Source: Alphaproteobacteria bacterium
GTDB lineage: Bacteria > Pseudomonadota > Alphaproteobacteria > GCA-2731375
Assembly: GCA_965225945.1 (NCBI GenBank)
Contig: CBDDBZ010000014.1
Span: 1-63,896, forward strand
DNA: 63,896 nt
Direction of reading: 5' to 3'
The translations under genes and the position numbers were made by a program. The notes beneath the pieces were generated by a model. The model had not been told where the DNA came from. It made no database searches and saw only the letters and a list, made by a program, of their open reading frames with translations. Shown piece after piece: positions 31,815-41,550 of this stretch. How positions within the stretch are numbered: position 1 is the stretch's first letter; each line of letters opens with the position of its first letter.

Positions 31815-31830
31815 TGGCATGTCCATTGCA
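31815..31830 (+). promoter_or_regulatory. Sigma54 -24/-12 promoter of flagellin
   Basis: TGGCATGTCCATTGCA (GG-N10-GC). Confidence 0.8.
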
Positions 31831-31905
31831 GGATTGCAGGCGGACGCACAACGCGTCCCGGCGCAGAAACGCGCGATTCCGACTTCAGAAGAAGGAAGAC
31901 AGAAC

Positions 31906-32718
31906 ATGTCTTTGTCAGTCAACACCAACATGGGCGCGATGGTCGCGCTGCAGAACCTCAACATGACCAACAGGGAACTGGAAAAGACCCAGCTCTCCAT
32001 CACCACCGGTCTTCGGGTCAACGGCCCGAAGGACGACGCCTCCAGTTTCGCGATCGCGCAGAACATGCGTGGCGATATCGCCGGCTTGGGCGCCGTCAAG
32101 ACCGCCTTGGCCACCGGCGAGGCGACGGTCTCCGTCGCAATCGAGGCCGGCAAGTCGGTCTCCGACCTGCTGATCGAGATGAAGGCGAAGGTCGTGCAGG
32201 CCAACCAGGCGGGTCTCGACTCGACCTCGCGCTCGGCGCTGCACAACGATTTCTCCGAGCTGCGCGCTCAGATCGAGGAAATCGTCAAGTCCGCCGACTT
32301 CAACGGCACCAACCTGGTCAAGGCCAGCGCCACGAACTCCAGCGTCCTCAGCACCGTCGACGGCAGCTCGATCAGCGTCTCGGCGCAAGCGATGGACATC
32401 ACCACCCTCGCGATCGCCAGCCTGACGCTCACGACGTCGGCTGGCGCCGCCACGGCGCTCACGACCATCGATTCGGCCATCAACTCGGTCAGCGACAAGC
32501 TCGCCTCGCTCGGCTCCGTTGCCAAGCGGATCGAGGTACAGAGCGATTTCAACACCAAGCTCACCGACATCTTCAAGTCCGGTGTCGGAATCCTGGTGGA
32601 CGCCGACCTGGCGGCCGAGAGCGCGAAATTGCAGGCCTTGCAGATCCAGCAGCAGCTGGGCGTGCAGGCTCTGTCGATCGCCAACGCCGGTCCGCAGATC
32701 ATCCTGGGTCTGTTCTAG
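31906..32718 (+). CDS. fliC: Flagellin (270 aa)
   Basis: SVNTNMGAMVALQNL, TGLRVNGPKDDAS, VDADLAAES...QALSIAN. Confidence 0.95.
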   Translation: MSLSVNTNMGAMVALQNLNMTNRELEKTQLSITTGLRVNGPKDDASSFAIAQNMRGDIAGLGAVKTALATGEATVSVAIEAGKSVSDLLIEMKAKVVQANQAGLDSTSRSALHNDFSELRAQIEEIVKSADFNGTNLVKASATNSSVLSTVDGSSISVSAQAMDITTLAIASLTLTTSAGAATALTTIDSAINSVSDKLASLGSVAKRIEVQSDFNTKLTDIFKSGVGILVDADLAAESAKLQALQIQQQLGVQALSIANAGPQIILGLF

Positions 32719-32733
32719 GAAAGGGGAGGCGGA

Positions 32734-32761
32734 GGAGGAGGGGCCGCCCGGCCCCTCCTCC
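32734..32761 (+). terminator. GC-rich hairpin after flagellin (no U tail; may be a stabiliser or pause site)
   Basis: GGAGGAGGGGCC-GCCC-GGCCCCTCCTCC, 12-bp perfect stem. Confidence 0.5.
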
Positions 32762-32848
32762 AACCCACCGCCGGATCGCCACCCCGGGTAACGTAGACAG
32801 GCCAGGAAACGCTTTCGTCCCGCGCGGCGGAGGCAGGAAGAGAAGGCC

Positions 32849-33208
32849 ATGAACGAGGGGGTCCAGTTCACGTCCAGCCCGAGCGTTCAGCCGCTGTCCC
32901 CGCCCGCAACCCCGGATCGTCCCGAAACGCGTCCCGAAGCGAAGGCGGCCGGCGCCGTTCCCGAGGCTCGACCGGTCGATCATCGGGTCGGCAAGATCGA
33001 ACAGCTTCGACGCGCCGCCGAGGAGGCGGTCTCGCGCGACAACGTCAGACTTTCCATCATTTACGACGAGCCGACCGAACGCTTCGTCTATCGCGGCCTC
33101 GATCCGGACACGGGCGAGGTCGTGCGCCAGTATCCGACGGACGAGCTGCTGGAACGCGCCGCGCGGTTGCGAGAGCTGCGGGGCATCACCATCGATCGCA
33201 GCCTTTAG
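32849..33208 (+). CDS. flaG: FlaG-family flagellar protein
   Basis: RLSIIYDEPTERFVYRGLDPDTGEVVRQYP; directly after flagellin. Confidence 0.8.
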   Translation: MNEGVQFTSSPSVQPLSPPATPDRPETRPEAKAAGAVPEARPVDHRVGKIEQLRRAAEEAVSRDNVRLSIIYDEPTERFVYRGLDPDTGEVVRQYPTDELLERAARLRELRGITIDRSL

Positions 33209-33648
33209 ACGACCTGGTCGAGCGTTAGCGGCGCCGCCGTCGTGGCGGCCTGGAAGGCGGGCGCCATGACCGCGTTTCGGCCGTAGTTCATGACCGGCTT
33301 GTGGCGCCTGCCGGCGTGTTCGGCGAGTTGATTGAGCATCTTCTCGGTGATCGATCGCGCCGCCTGGACGAGCCGGCGATGCTCCTCCAGTTGATCCTGG
33401 AAATATCCCGTCGTGGCCCGCAGCTGGGCAAGGACCTCCGGCGCCAGGGCGGCGAGCGTGCCGGTGTCGTGCTTCAGCGCGCTCACTTCCACTTCGTAGG
33501 CCTCGGTGAGGCGCTGCTTCTCCGCCCCGAGCGCGGAAAGCGCCGAGGGCCGGCGGGCCTTCAGCAGCGCGTTTTCCTCGGCCACCAGCTCGCCGAGGCG
33601 CCGGCCGAGGGTGATGACGGAGTCGACCCGGCTTCCCGTTCCCTTCAT
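33205..33648 (-). CDS. FlgN-like flagellar chaperone
   Basis: Helical protein (EENALL...EKQRL..AY) at the end of the flgI-flgJ operon. Confidence 0.6.
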   Translation of the reverse strand: MKGTGSRVDSVITLGRRLGELVAEENALLKARRPSALSALGAEKQRLTEAYEVEVSALKHDTGTLAALAPEVLAQLRATTGYFQDQLEEHRRLVQAARSITEKMLNQLAEHAGRRHKPVMNYGRNAVMAPAFQAATTAAPLTLDQVV

Positions 33649-33935
33649 GTCGCCACCTCCTGCAGTCGCAAAATTTCGCGGTAGATGATATCGGCGATGC
33701 CGATGCCGCCGCGCGCGGCGACGGCCTTGGCGTATTCGTCGTTCAGCAGCGAGCGGTAGGTCTTCTCGGCCGAGCCGCCGCCGAAGGGGCCGTCGACCTC
33801 CAGACCTGTCGACATGTGGGCGAGAACCTGGGAGAGAAAGAAGCTCTCGAAGGCCTCGGCCACCTTGCGGGCCTGGACCGCACCCGCCGCCGGCGGCGCG
33901 AGCGTGGGGCTCGGCGGAATCGGCTGGATTTCCAT
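33645..33935 (-). CDS. flgJ: Flagellar rod-binding protein (FlgJ N-terminal domain only)
   Basis: AEAFESFFLSQVL...FGGGSAEKTYRSLL..EYA...GGIGIAD. Confidence 0.8.
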   Translation of the reverse strand: MEIQPIPPSPTLAPPAAGAVQARKVAEAFESFFLSQVLAHMSTGLEVDGPFGGGSAEKTYRSLLNDEYAKAVAARGGIGIADIIYREILRLQEVAT

Positions 33936-33937
33936 CG

Positions 33938-35077
33938 TTACTGCACCATGATTTCGGCTTGCAGGGCGCCCGCCGACTTGATGATCTGCAGGATCGAGAT
34001 CAGGTCCCTGGGGCCGACTCCAAGCGCGTTCAGGCCGTCCACCAAATCGCGCAGGCTAACGCCCCGGTTCAGCACCGCGAGCCGACGATTGCTCTCCTCG
34101 TCGACCTCGATCTGGGTGCGCGGCACGATCTCCGTCGTGCCGGTTTGGGAGAACGCGTTCGGCTGCGAGACCTGCGGCGTCTCCGTCACCCGGATGGTGA
34201 GGTTGCCCTGGGCGATCGCGATCTCGTCGACCCGGACGTCGGCGCCGATGACGATGATGCCCGAGTGCTCGTCGATCACCACGCGGGCGATCTGGTCGGG
34301 TTCGACCCGGAGTTGCTCGATCTCGGCCAGCAGATCGACCATGGCGAGCCCGGAACCGGCCGGCAGAACCACCGCCACGGTGGCGGGATCGAGCGAGCGG
34401 GCCACCTCGCCCTCGAAACGCTTGTTGATGACATTGGCCATGCGTCTGGCCGTGGTCAGGTCCGGATTGCGCAGCGCGATCTTGGCCGTGGTCAGGCTCG
34501 CCAATTCGAAGCCGATCTCCCGCTCGACGATGGCGCCGTTGGCAATGCGGGCGCTGGTCGGCACCCCCTTGACGACGGTTTCCGCCTGACCGCCGACGGC
34601 AAAGCCGCCGACCGCCAACGGTCCTTGCGCCACCGCGTAGACCTCGCCGTCGGCGCCGAGCAGGGGAGTGACCAGCAGAGCACCGCCCAGGAGGCTCCTG
34701 GCATCGCCCAGGGCAGAGATGGTGACGTCGAAGCGGGTCCCCTGGCGGGCGAAGGGACGCAGGTTGGCGGTGACTATCACCGCCGCCACGTTCTTGGTGG
34801 AGGCGTTGGCGTTCCGCGTGTTGACACCGAGCCGCTCCAGCATCGACTCGAGGCTCTGGCGGGTGAAGGGGGCGTTTCTGAGGCGGTCGCCGGTGCCGTT
34901 CAGGCCGACCACCAGGCCATAGCCGATCAGCAGATTGTCGCGGATGCCCTCGAAGTCGGCGATGTCCTTGATCCGCGAGGCCGCCGAGGCGCCCTGGCTT
35001 GCGAAGATACCGCAAGAGAGGGCGAGGCAGAGAGCGAGGCCGGCGCGAAAGCCGCCGCGCAACGTCGCGAAAACCAT
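33938..35077 (-). CDS. flgI: Flagellar P-ring protein
   Basis: RIKDI...GIRDNLLIGYGLVVGLNGTGD, KNVAAV, AGALQAEI. Confidence 0.96.
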   Translation of the reverse strand: MVFATLRGGFRAGLALCLALSCGIFASQGASAASRIKDIADFEGIRDNLLIGYGLVVGLNGTGDRLRNAPFTRQSLESMLERLGVNTRNANASTKNVAAVIVTANLRPFARQGTRFDVTISALGDARSLLGGALLVTPLLGADGEVYAVAQGPLAVGGFAVGGQAETVVKGVPTSARIANGAIVEREIGFELASLTTAKIALRNPDLTTARRMANVINKRFEGEVARSLDPATVAVVLPAGSGLAMVDLLAEIEQLRVEPDQIARVVIDEHSGIIVIGADVRVDEIAIAQGNLTIRVTETPQVSQPNAFSQTGTTEIVPRTQIEVDEESNRRLAVLNRGVSLRDLVDGLNALGVGPRDLISILQIIKSAGALQAEIMVQ

Positions 35078-35158
35078 GCGAAGGCCGTCGAGCCGGCTTT
35101 GGTGGTGTTCGGTTGCGTCATTCTGGGCGCCGCTCCGTTTTGGATGCGGTGTCTCCTC

Positions 35159-35173
35159 GCGAAAACCATGCCA
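35159..35173 (-). promoter_or_regulatory. Sigma54 promoter of flgI
   Basis: Minus strand TGGCATGGTTTTCGC (GG-N10-GC). Confidence 0.7.
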
Positions 35174-35225
35174 CAGTATTGGGGGTCTCGGTGCGATATA
35201 ATAACAAGCATTTAATGGAATTTCT

Positions 35226-36448
35226 CATGGTACACGACGGCATTTACGTAGGACGTTGAAAGGGTTGTAGGATTCCCGATTCACTCCACGACGAGTCAAG
35301 AGGGAAATCATGCGAGACAACCCGATCAACGCCCTGCGTGAGACGCTACGATGCGGCTTCGCCTTTCGCAAGAGCCGTCTGGAGAGCCTTTGCGTCTTGG
35401 TCTTCGGCGTGTTCGTCGCCCGGACGGTGAACCTCTCTCACTTGGCCTGCCACTTTCCGGGGCGCGCGCGATCCAGCTCCAACTATCGGCGCCTGCAACG
35501 GTTTTTCGAGCAAGTCGATTTCGATTACGATCGCCTCGCCGAGTTCCTGGTCGCGATGATGGGGCTCCAGGCGGGGCCGTGGCGGCTGACCATGGACCGG
35601 ACCAACTGGCGGCTGGGTCGCCGCGACGTCAACATCTTGATGATCGGCATCGTCAACCGCGCCATCGCCATTCCCGTGTGCTGGCGGGTGCTCGACAAGG
35701 CGGGCAATTCCAATACCAAGGAGCGGATCGCGATCCTCGAACACGTCCTCCGGCTCTTCGGGGTCGACAAGATCGCCAGCCTCCTGGCCGACCGGGAATT
35801 CATCGGCGACGCCTGGCTGGCATGGTTGCAGGAAAAGGCCATCCCCTTTCACATCCGCATCCGATCCAACATCAAGATCGCCAACACGCGTGGTCGCATG
35901 GTCAAGGCGAGGGAGCTGTTTCGCGACCTCAAACCCGGGGAAAGCCGCATCCTCTCCAACGCCAGGCGCCTCTCGGAGGCCAGAAAACCCAAGGCCAGGC
36001 CCGTCTTCGTCGCCGCGCTCCATCTCAAGACCGGCGAACTGTTGATCGTCGTGACCAACGACGCGCCCGAGGAGGCCTTGGCCATCTACGCCCAGCGCTG
36101 GCAAATCGAGACCCTCTTCGCCGCCTTGAAAACCCGTGGCTTCAACCTCGAAGACACCCACATGACCGACCCGGAGCGCATCTCCAAGCTCACCGCCGTC
36201 CTTTCCATCACCTTCTGCTGGGCGCACAAAGTCGGCGATTGGCTCCACGAGGCCGAGCCGATCCGCCTCAAAACCCACAAAAGGATGGCAAAATCCATCT
36301 TCCGATACGGTTTCGAGTGGATAAGGCGACAGCTCGTCAATCCTATCGACAGGCGTCAAGCCATTGAGCTGATTCGTTTCCTCGTCCCCGGAAAACCACC
36401 AGTCCAGGTGCCCAGGCCAAAGCCAGCATGAACGAGTCGTGTACTGTG
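35226..36448 (+). mobile_element. IS4-family element; transposase 35310-36431
   Basis: IRs CATGGTACACGAC / CACAGTACACGAC; 9-bp TSD GGAATTTCT (35217-35225, 36449-36457); MDRTNW, ADREF and YAQRWQIETLFAALK (YREK) motifs. Confidence 0.92.
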
Positions 36449-36488
36449 GGAATTTCTTCAGACTGCAGTTTGATTTCCCGCTGGCTGT

Positions 36489-36524
36489 CGGCAAGGCTTG
36501 CCGAGGTGTTGGCGGACCTTGCCG
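36489..36524. promoter_or_regulatory. Two ftr-like (FlbD-type) sites
   Basis: CGGCAAGGCTTGCCG and TGGCGGACCTTGCCG; same motif as upstream of flagellin. Confidence 0.6.
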
Positions 36525-36527
36525 GGC

Positions 36528-36542
36528 TTCAGCCTTCGTTAA
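36528..36542. promoter_or_regulatory. Possible CtrA box upstream of fliX
   Basis: TTCA-N7-TTAA, one mismatch from consensus. Confidence 0.4.
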
Positions 36543-36610
36543 TCACCAACGGGCAAGCTGGTCGCGGTCGCTCGGCTCCTCGCGCGGCCGGCGGCAGCGA
36601 CGGAAGTGCC

Positions 36611-37024
36611 ATGAAGATCAGTGGACCGAGGGGACTGCGTCCGACGACGACGGCGCGAGTGAACGGGCGCGGGTCGACGCCGGGCGGGGCGGCGTTCACG
36701 CTCCCCGCCGAGGCGCCCGAGGCCGCCGCCGTCGGCGGCGGCAGACCGACGGCGGCGGTGGATTCGCTAATCGCGCTCCAGGAGGTGCCCGACGCCACCT
36801 CGAACCGGGCCCGGGCCTGGCGCCGTGGCCACGACCTGCTGGACCAGCTCGACCGGTTGCGCCACGCGCTCCTCCTCGGCAGCCTCGATCGTGGCCAATT
36901 GACGCGTCTCGCCCGGCTCGTGGCTGAACGGCGGGCGCATGACGTCGAACCGGCGCTCGCCGGCGTGCTGGCGGAAATCGAAGTTCGCGCCGCGGTCGAG
37001 CTGGCGAAGCTGGAGCGCGCGTGA
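36611..37024 (+). CDS. fliX: Flagellar assembly regulator FliX
   Basis: VDSLIALQE...RGHDLLDQLDRL...EIEVRAAVELAK; divergent from flgI, followed by dksA. Confidence 0.88.
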   Translation: MKISGPRGLRPTTTARVNGRGSTPGGAAFTLPAEAPEAAAVGGGRPTAAVDSLIALQEVPDATSNRARAWRRGHDLLDQLDRLRHALLLGSLDRGQLTRLARLVAERRAHDVEPALAGVLAEIEVRAAVELAKLERA

Positions 37025-37137
37025 GCATATTTTCATGATCGTCCCGCATGGCTGTTCAGGCCGCTTGAAGCCGCTCGGAGAGGTCGATATATAGGGCCCG
37101 CCCGAGCGAGGTATGCTCCTAGACGAGGGACCGCCGG

Positions 37138-37557
37138 ATGAACGACGTGACGCTTCCCCCCAATTATTTGCCGGGCGAGCGCGAGCCCTTCATGAATCCC
37201 AAGCAACGGGAGTACTTCCGCCGCAAGCTATTGGATTGGAGGGACGATATTTTGAAGGAAGCGCACGAGACGATCCTCCACCTGCAAGAGGACAACACGC
37301 CCGAGCCGGATATCGCCGACCGTGCCTCGACCGAGACCGAGCGCTCGATCGAGCTGCGCGCCCGTGACCGGCAGCGCAAGCTGGTGGCGAAGATCGACTC
37401 GGCCCTTCGTCGGATCGAGGAAGGCAGCTACGGCTACTGCGACGAGACCGGCGAGCCGATCACGCTACGCCGACTGGAGGCACGCCCCATCGCCACCCTT
37501 TCGATCGAAGCCCAGGAGCGCCACGAACGCCGCGAGAAGGTCTATCGGGACGATTGA
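37138..37557 (+). CDS. dksA: RNA polymerase-binding protein DksA
   Basis: FMNPKQREYFRRKL, PDIADRAS, YGYCDETGEPI...RLEARP. Confidence 0.95.
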   Translation: MNDVTLPPNYLPGEREPFMNPKQREYFRRKLLDWRDDILKEAHETILHLQEDNTPEPDIADRASTETERSIELRARDRQRKLVAKIDSALRRIEEGSYGYCDETGEPITLRRLEARPIATLSIEAQERHERREKVYRDD

Positions 37558-37660
37558 TACGAACGGCCATGAATGGCGACCCCTGGCCGCCGCTTTTATT
37601 GATCGCCGCTGGCGCGGCCCGCCGGGGGAGCGAGACGGGTCGAGCCAATCTTGCAATGCT

Positions 37661-38537
37661 TTAGCCTCGGGCTTCGACCACGATCTTGGTCGCCGCCGCC
37701 AGCACCGCCGGCATCGGCAGCTCGACGACGACGCCCTTGCGGAAGTCCTCCGCTGCCTGGATCACCACCGCCTCGATTTTGACGCGGGCCTCGCCAGATT
37801 GGGCCCTGAGCAGGGCGCCGGCCCGGACCGTGCCTTCGGCCACCGCGGTGACGATCCGAGCCGGTTCGGCCAGGCGCCAGAACTGCTGCACGTCGGACAC
37901 TCTCGGCGCACCGAAGCCGGCCCGGCGAAGCGCCCAGGTGCTGGCCTCGGCGTCCGAGAAGCGATAGTAGGGCGGCCCCTCGGGGATCGGCGCCGAGAGA
38001 TCGCCGTGCCGCTCGATCGCTTCTTGGACGATGTGGAATCCGACCGTATGCGGCGGCTTGGCCCAGACCGTGAAGGCGACCCGCCCGCCCGGACGCAGGA
38101 CCCGATAGGCCTCGTCGAGGGCGCGTTCCGGGTCGGGAAAGTGCTGCAGGCCGAAGTTGATCACCACGGCGTCGAAGCTGGCGTCCTCGAAGGGCAGCGC
38201 CTCGGCGTCGGCGACCTCGAAGACGGCCTCCGGAAACCGCTCGCGGGCCAGCTTGATCTGCGCTTCCGCGAAGTCGACGCCGATCGCCTTGGCGCCGCGG
38301 CGCTCGGCTTCCGCCGCGGCATGGCCCGGCCCGGTCGCGATATCGAGCAAGCGCTGCCCGCTGCCGGCGTCCGGCGCGATGCCGACGGCGCGCAACAGCG
38401 CGTCGACCGACTGGGTCGAAACCCGTTCGAAATGGAGCTGCCAGCCGCCGGCCTTGTCTTCCCAGCCGGCGTGCTCGAATTCGTGAAAAAGCCCGTGCGT
38501 CGAACTCAGGCACGGTCTTGGAGGTTGCTGTCGTCAT
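37661..38537 (-). pseudogene. Class I SAM methyltransferase, frameshift in a homopolymer at 38486-38490
   Basis: FDARAF|HEFEHAGW joined by deleting one base; LLDIATGPG, DAEALPFEDASFD, VLRPGGR. Confidence 0.75.
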
Positions 38538-38671
38538 CGTTCTCGCCTTCCCGAGGCTTGGTCACTTATCCGGCCGAACAATCGAGGGCACTTGCGGAAG
38601 GACAGCGCGTCGCCACCGACGACGATGACGTCGCACCCCTGAAGGTCCGTGAGCAACGGCAGGTATCTCAT
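38534..38671 (-). pseudogene. Siroheme synthase (CysG)-like N-terminal stub
   Basis: MRYLPLLTDLQGCDVIVVGGDALSFRK resembles the CysG start; truncated at 45 codons. Confidence 0.55.
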
Positions 38672-38691
38672 GCACTACTGATAGAAATATT

Positions 38692-40278
38692 GTAACTGCC
38701 CAGGTACATGGTGGCCTTTTAGGCGGCGTGGAGACGCTCGATCAGGGTTTCGGGATTTTCCATGAGCGCCTGGATGATGTTCCAGCCCTGTTTTCTGGCG
38801 GTCGAGATGAAGCCGCGGACGGTGGCAAAGTCTTCGGCGCCTTTCTGGCTGCGGAAGCCGCCGGAGATTTTCTGCTTGACCTTCATCATGCGCCCGTCCT
38901 GCTCGGCCTGATTGTTGGTGAACGGCACGGCGAAATTGATGAGGAAGCGCAGCGCGTCTTCCTTGTGTGTCTGAAGGCGCCGGAGAAGGTTGTGCCCGGT
39001 GCGGCGCGGCTTGCTTCCCCGGCGCTTGGCCTTGCTCGATCTGGGCGCAAGAGGAGGTTGTGCCTCGTGAAAGGCGATGCCCTCGGCCGTGATCGCGTCG
39101 TAACACCCTCGGAAGCGCTCGACGAGGCCTGGTTTCAGCGCCACGCCCCGCTCCCGGGCGAGATTTACCGCGTGGCAGGCGCGGCGCAATAGTCTCTGCA
39201 TCTTGCGTGCCCAGCCCTCCTTCTCGATCTCGATCAGGGCTTGCAACTCGCGCAGGTGATGGGCGTTGCACAGCGCGTGCCGTACGCCCTCCATCGTAAA
39301 GTACGGCTTCCAGTGGTCATGGACGACGATGCCGCCGACTCCGCCGAGCAGGCTGCCGCGTCGCTCCGAGACCCGATAGAAGGTCAACCGCGCGGTCGAG
39401 GCGACGTGCAACCATTGGGTCCGCCCGGCGATCCGCAAGCCGGTCTCGTCCATGTGCTTGACCGGCGCCGATTTCACCAGTTCGCGGATCACATCGACGA
39501 CGCCTTGGACGGACTCGGCGCTGTTCCCGCCCCTCCGCGCGAGGCTCGCCGGAGACAGTTCCGCCCCGAACAGATCCTTCATCAATTCAGCCAGGCGGTC
39601 CTCGGGCAGGAGTTGGTAGTGCGACAGGTAGACCACCATGGCTCCGATCCGAGCGCCGTATTGAACCGGGCCGGTGATGGCGACGGGAAAAGAAGCCCGA
39701 GTGTACGTGCCGCAATGCCCGCAACGGCAGCGATGCGCCCGATGCTCCGTGACCACCAGGGGCCGGGGCTCGGGTAGATCGAAAACCTGGCGGGCCCCAT
39801 GGCCGGTAGCCATATCCGGCGTCAATCCCGAACCACACCACTGGCACGTCTCGGGATAATGGTCGACGGTGGCGTCGGGATCGGCGACTTGGCGCAGGGT
39901 CTCGCCCTTGTGGCCCTTTTGCCCGCCCGGCTTGCGGGCCGATTTCTTACGGAGGCTCCTGGTGCGCTTCTTTTTACCCGCCGGTGGCTTGTTCAATCCA
40001 TCGCTCGACGGTGGCTTGCCGCTGTTCAGGCCAAGCCGGCGCTCGAGTTCACCAAGCCGGAGTTCGAACTCGGCGAGCCGCGACCCTTGGGCCAGCACCA
40101 CATCGATCAGCTCGTCTTTCGACAAAAAGACAAGAACATCCCTATCCATCGAATCCTTAGAATCGACCAATCACCCTCTGTCAAACGAAATCTAGGCCGT
40201 CAGCGCCCCAAACCCACAAAATCTGCCCCCAGAGACCCAATCCGCAGCCTCATCGAAATCAGCTACCTGGGCAGTTAC
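38692..40278 (-). mobile_element. IS66-family element, copy 2; intact transposase 38719-40149
   Basis: Near-identical to 4418-6069; 8-bp TSD GAAATATT (38684-38691, 40279-40286). Confidence 0.94.
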
Positions 40279-40382
40279 GAAATATTTTTCCGACTTGGCA
40301 ATAACAGTTGACAAATTAGAGAAGATCATTCTCAGAATCTGTCATCGTTGACGATTTCGGTCAAAAATTGGAGATTTTGGGA

Positions 40383-40832
40383 ATGGACGAAACGGACCTT
40401 CGCATCCTGAGAATTCTACAGGAGGATAGTAGCCTCTCCGTCTCGGATGTCGCCCGTCGCGTCGGCCTGTCTGCTTCCCCCTGCTGGAAACGGATCAACA
40501 AATTGCAGGCGGAGGGCATCATTCGACGGCAGACGGCGATATTGGATGGCGAGCGACTCGGCTTTGGTCTCACGGTCTTCGTCAGCGTCACGACGCAGGA
40601 ACATTCCGGCGCATGGCTGAAAACCTTCGCCGAGAGCATTACCGCCATGCCCGAAGTGCTCGAATTCCATCGCATGGCCGGCGAGGTCGACTATATGCTC
40701 AAGGTACTGGTTCCCGACATGAGGTCGTTCGATGCGTTCTATAAGCGCCTGATCGACAGCACGGCCCTCACCGAGGTCACGTCGCGCTTTTCGATGGAGT
40801 GCATCAAGGAAACCACGGCCCTGCCGATCTGA
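40383..40832 (+). CDS. Lrp/AsnC-family regulator (DecR-like)
   Basis: MDETDLRIL...VGLSASPCWKRI...EFHRMAGEVDY. Confidence 0.9.
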   Translation: MDETDLRILRILQEDSSLSVSDVARRVGLSASPCWKRINKLQAEGIIRRQTAILDGERLGFGLTVFVSVTTQEHSGAWLKTFAESITAMPEVLEFHRMAGEVDYMLKVLVPDMRSFDAFYKRLIDSTALTEVTSRFSMECIKETTALPI

Positions 40833-40993
40833 CGCCGCGGCGGGCCGAGTCCGGATTGTTCAGACGAAACATGATTCCCCTTATAGGGGTATTTTTAGCC
40901 TCTGCACGTGGTTCCGGATGGATCCGTGCGAGATGCCGAGTTCTTTCCGGATCCCCTTGCGGGACATGCGCACCGTGCCGAGCGTGGTCGGGT

Positions 40994-41476
40994 CTAGGCC
41001 TCGCCGCGCAGCGCCTCGACCAAGTCCGGCATCAGGCTGGCGACGTCCAATAGCCGGGCCCAGGTCGGGCGGATCGTGATCCGCGCCATCCGGGGCGTGA
41101 CGGCGCGCATCCGTTCGAGCCAGAGATCGCCGGCTCGCCGGCCGTAACAGTGATGGGCGGCTTCCTCGTATTCGGGCGCGATGCCGTCGACGACGTCGAT
41201 CTCGGCCGTGCCGCGGGCTTGCAGGCATCGATAGGGCGGCGTGTCGCCGTCGATGGTGAGCGCGACTTTCGGCCGAGGCCGGATCGCCTTGACCTTGGGC
41301 GCGTCCGCCCGGGTGGCGATGACGAAGGCCTCGCCCGTCCAGCGAAACCAGATCGGCAACACGCGCGGCCCGCCAGCCTTCCCCGAATAGGCGAGGCGGG
41401 CGGGAATGCGGGAAGTCAGCAGTTCTTGCGCCACCGGCCTCGCCAGCGCCGTCGGCAATTCGCCCCTCGTCGTCAC
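40994..41476 (-). CDS. Pyridoxamine 5'-phosphate oxidase-like split-barrel protein
   Basis: ARLAY...PRVLPIWF...KVKAI..RPKVALTID. Confidence 0.75.
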   Translation of the reverse strand: MTTRGELPTALARPVAQELLTSRIPARLAYSGKAGGPRVLPIWFRWTGEAFVIATRADAPKVKAIRPRPKVALTIDGDTPPYRCLQARGTAEIDVVDGIAPEYEEAAHHCYGRRAGDLWLERMRAVTPRMARITIRPTWARLLDVASLMPDLVEALRGEA

Positions 41477-41550
41477 CGTCTTCCCTCCCGCTCCCTCGTG
41501 GCCGTCCGGGGGGCTCTACCGACGATCCCGCCGTCGGGCCGGCGCCTCGG

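Noticed and set aside
38486-38490. Programmed frameshifting at homopolymers (also near 6415, 52785, 61650)
   Set aside because: No canonical slippery site plus stimulator seen; single-base indels are better explained by sequencing error or decay
4418-40278. Composite transposon bounded by the inverted IS66 pair (likewise the IS256 pair)
   Set aside because: Each copy has its own matching TSD, so they are independent insertions with no recombination between them
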